Below the pieces are notes generated by a model. The model saw only the letters and a program-made list of their open reading frames with translations. It was not told where the DNA came from and did not search any database. Made by a program: the position numbers and the translations under genes. 64,000 bases of DNA from Nostoc sp. DedSLP01. Its GTDB lineage: Bacteria; Cyanobacteriota; Cyanobacteriia; Cyanobacteriales; Nostocaceae. Where the stretch lies: positions 256,001 to 320,000 of the forward strand of contig JAVRCJ020000004.1 of NCBI GenBank assembly GCA_034530875.2, given 5' to 3'. This document shows positions 62,904 to 64,000 of the stretch, in pieces (positions within the stretch are counted from its first letter, which is position 1; each line of letters starts with the position of its first letter).

Positions 62904-63110
62904 TCTCCTCTCAATGCCTACGAAGTTAGCTGACGGGCTAGGGCTGAGAGATGCCCTTCTTAAGAAAGTTCTGAGTTGGGAGTGAGGAGTGAAGAGTTAA
63001 TTAAAAACTCATAACTCATAACTCTGAACTCCTAACTTTCTCCAAGATACGCCCCATAATTTGGTTCCTCCGTTCCAGCTTCACACACTACGATGTGCTG
63101 GATTAGGCTG
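62904..63110 (-). ncRNA. cyclic di-AMP (ydaO/yuaA) riboswitch
   Basis: The minus strand reads GCCTAATCCAGC...GCTGGAACGGAGGAACC...GGGGCGTATCT...AGCCCGTCAGCTAACTTCGTAGGC, upstream of the permease; a hairpin plus U-tract follows at about 62835-62876. Confidence 0.92.
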
Positions 63111-63160
63111 ACTTACTCTAATAGATACGAAATTACCCACAATATAACATTGCTTGGATG

Positions 63161-63204
63161 ACTATAACATTAATGCTCAGTAAAGTCATCTATCTTCTGA
63201 CGAA
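63161..63204 (-). promoter_or_regulatory. putative activator-dependent promoter of the ABC operon
   Basis: Half-conserved TCTnnCnnnnGnnAGA site (63189-63204), 22-nt spacer, -10 TATAGT (63166-63161). Confidence 0.45.
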
Positions 63205-63581
63205 CATTGTTTATTTAAATACTTAAATCAAGCATTTACCCTGGCTTTTGCGTAATTAAGAAATCTTATGCATTTGATAATTTTAGTTAAATCGCCAGTA
63301 AAACAGATAAACAGTAAGGAAAATAGTAATCGCTCAATCAAGCAACAAGATTATTAAGTGCAAATTCGTCTTCATACAGATGACAGATTTTATACTCGTA
63401 AAAATTTTCAATCGGAAGTGCGATCGAGGGATACCTACCGCCTAAGCGTATAAAACGATAGATAAAATCTATCACTTTTGATAGGTGAATTTTATAAATT
63501 ATTGAGTTAAGCCTCGCTCCAGTCGCTAAACTAGTTGGATATAGAAATTTGCTCATCTATCTCACTGTTGAATTTAACATA

Positions 63582-64000
63582 ATGGATTTTAGTCAATTTC
63601 TGGCTGAAAAAACTGATATCATCCTAGATAAGTGGGTAACAGCAGTTCGCAAAGACCAACGGATTGAAAGTGCTGATGACTTATCCTATACAGCAATCAA
63701 AAATCATATTCCTAATGTTTTGAAAGCAATGGTAACGGTACTTTCAAAATCTGAGGATAATGATATTCAGTCAATAATCGTTGCTAGTTTTGAACACGGA
63801 GCAATTCGAGCCGAACAAGGTTTCGACCCAACAGAAATTGCTAGAGAATATCATCTTTTAAGAACAGTAATATTTGATGCTATTCAGCCAGATTTACTTA
63901 AAGGAACACCGGCAGAGATAATTCGCTCTATGCGTTTGATTGACGCTATTGTAGATGAAGCGATCGCTCGATGTTTCAAAAGTTATGTTGAAGAACGTTT
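63582..64000 (+). CDS. RsbRD-N-domain protein, probably a sensor histidine kinase, truncated by the window edge
   Basis: Manual translation MDFSQFLAEKTDIILDKWV...EHGAIRAEQGFDPTEIAREYHLLR...IDAIVDEAIA is open to the window end. Any kinase domain lies outside the window. Confidence 0.75.
   Translation, partial: MDFSQFLAEKTDIILDKWVTAVRKDQRIESADDLSYTAIKNHIPNVLKAMVTVLSKSEDNDIQSIIVASFEHGAIRAEQGFDPTEIAREYHLLRTVIFDAIQPDLLKGTPAEIIRSMRLIDAIVDEAIARCFKSYVEER

Overview
This is chromosomal DNA from a heterocyst-forming cyanobacterium (Nostocales-like), judged from abundant HIP1 octamers (GCGATCGC), heptamer STRR arrays and many small mobile repeats. Left to right it carries: (1) a minus-strand envelope cluster purC-bamA/omp85-lpxC-fabZ-lpxA-lpxB, followed by an orphan C5 DNA methyltransferase and a HEAT-repeat gene; (2) adenylate cyclase cyaB1; (3) sqdB-DUF4291-sqdX; (4) an RHH/Zn protein-Ycf46 AAA-Ycf35 operon; (5) an AT-rich accessory block with DUF928, a split DevBCA exporter whose ATPase is fused to two cNMP-binding domains, a nonsense-interrupted membrane gene and a GUN4-domain protein; (6) a RexT/trxA2 redox-detoxification cluster; (7) hopanoid genes hpnB and shc, a helical carotenoid protein, a Mg-chelatase H paralog and an amidase; (8) a 1036-aa membrane-anchored repeat protein and tandem hli genes; (9) a transport locus in which two c-di-AMP (ydaO) riboswitches, each carrying an STRR hairpin insertion, precede an NrtABD-like ABC importer with non-canonical binding-pocket motifs and a USP plus ArsB/NhaD (P-protein-like) transporter. 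The best candidates for undescribed biology are this c-di-AMP-controlled anion-transport locus, the cNMP-domain DevA exporter, a shared palindromic promoter motif in front of stress genes, and an unannotated structured RNA at about 52.2 kb. No CRISPR array, tRNA, rRNA or intact transposase was seen. All family assignments are by eye, without database searches.
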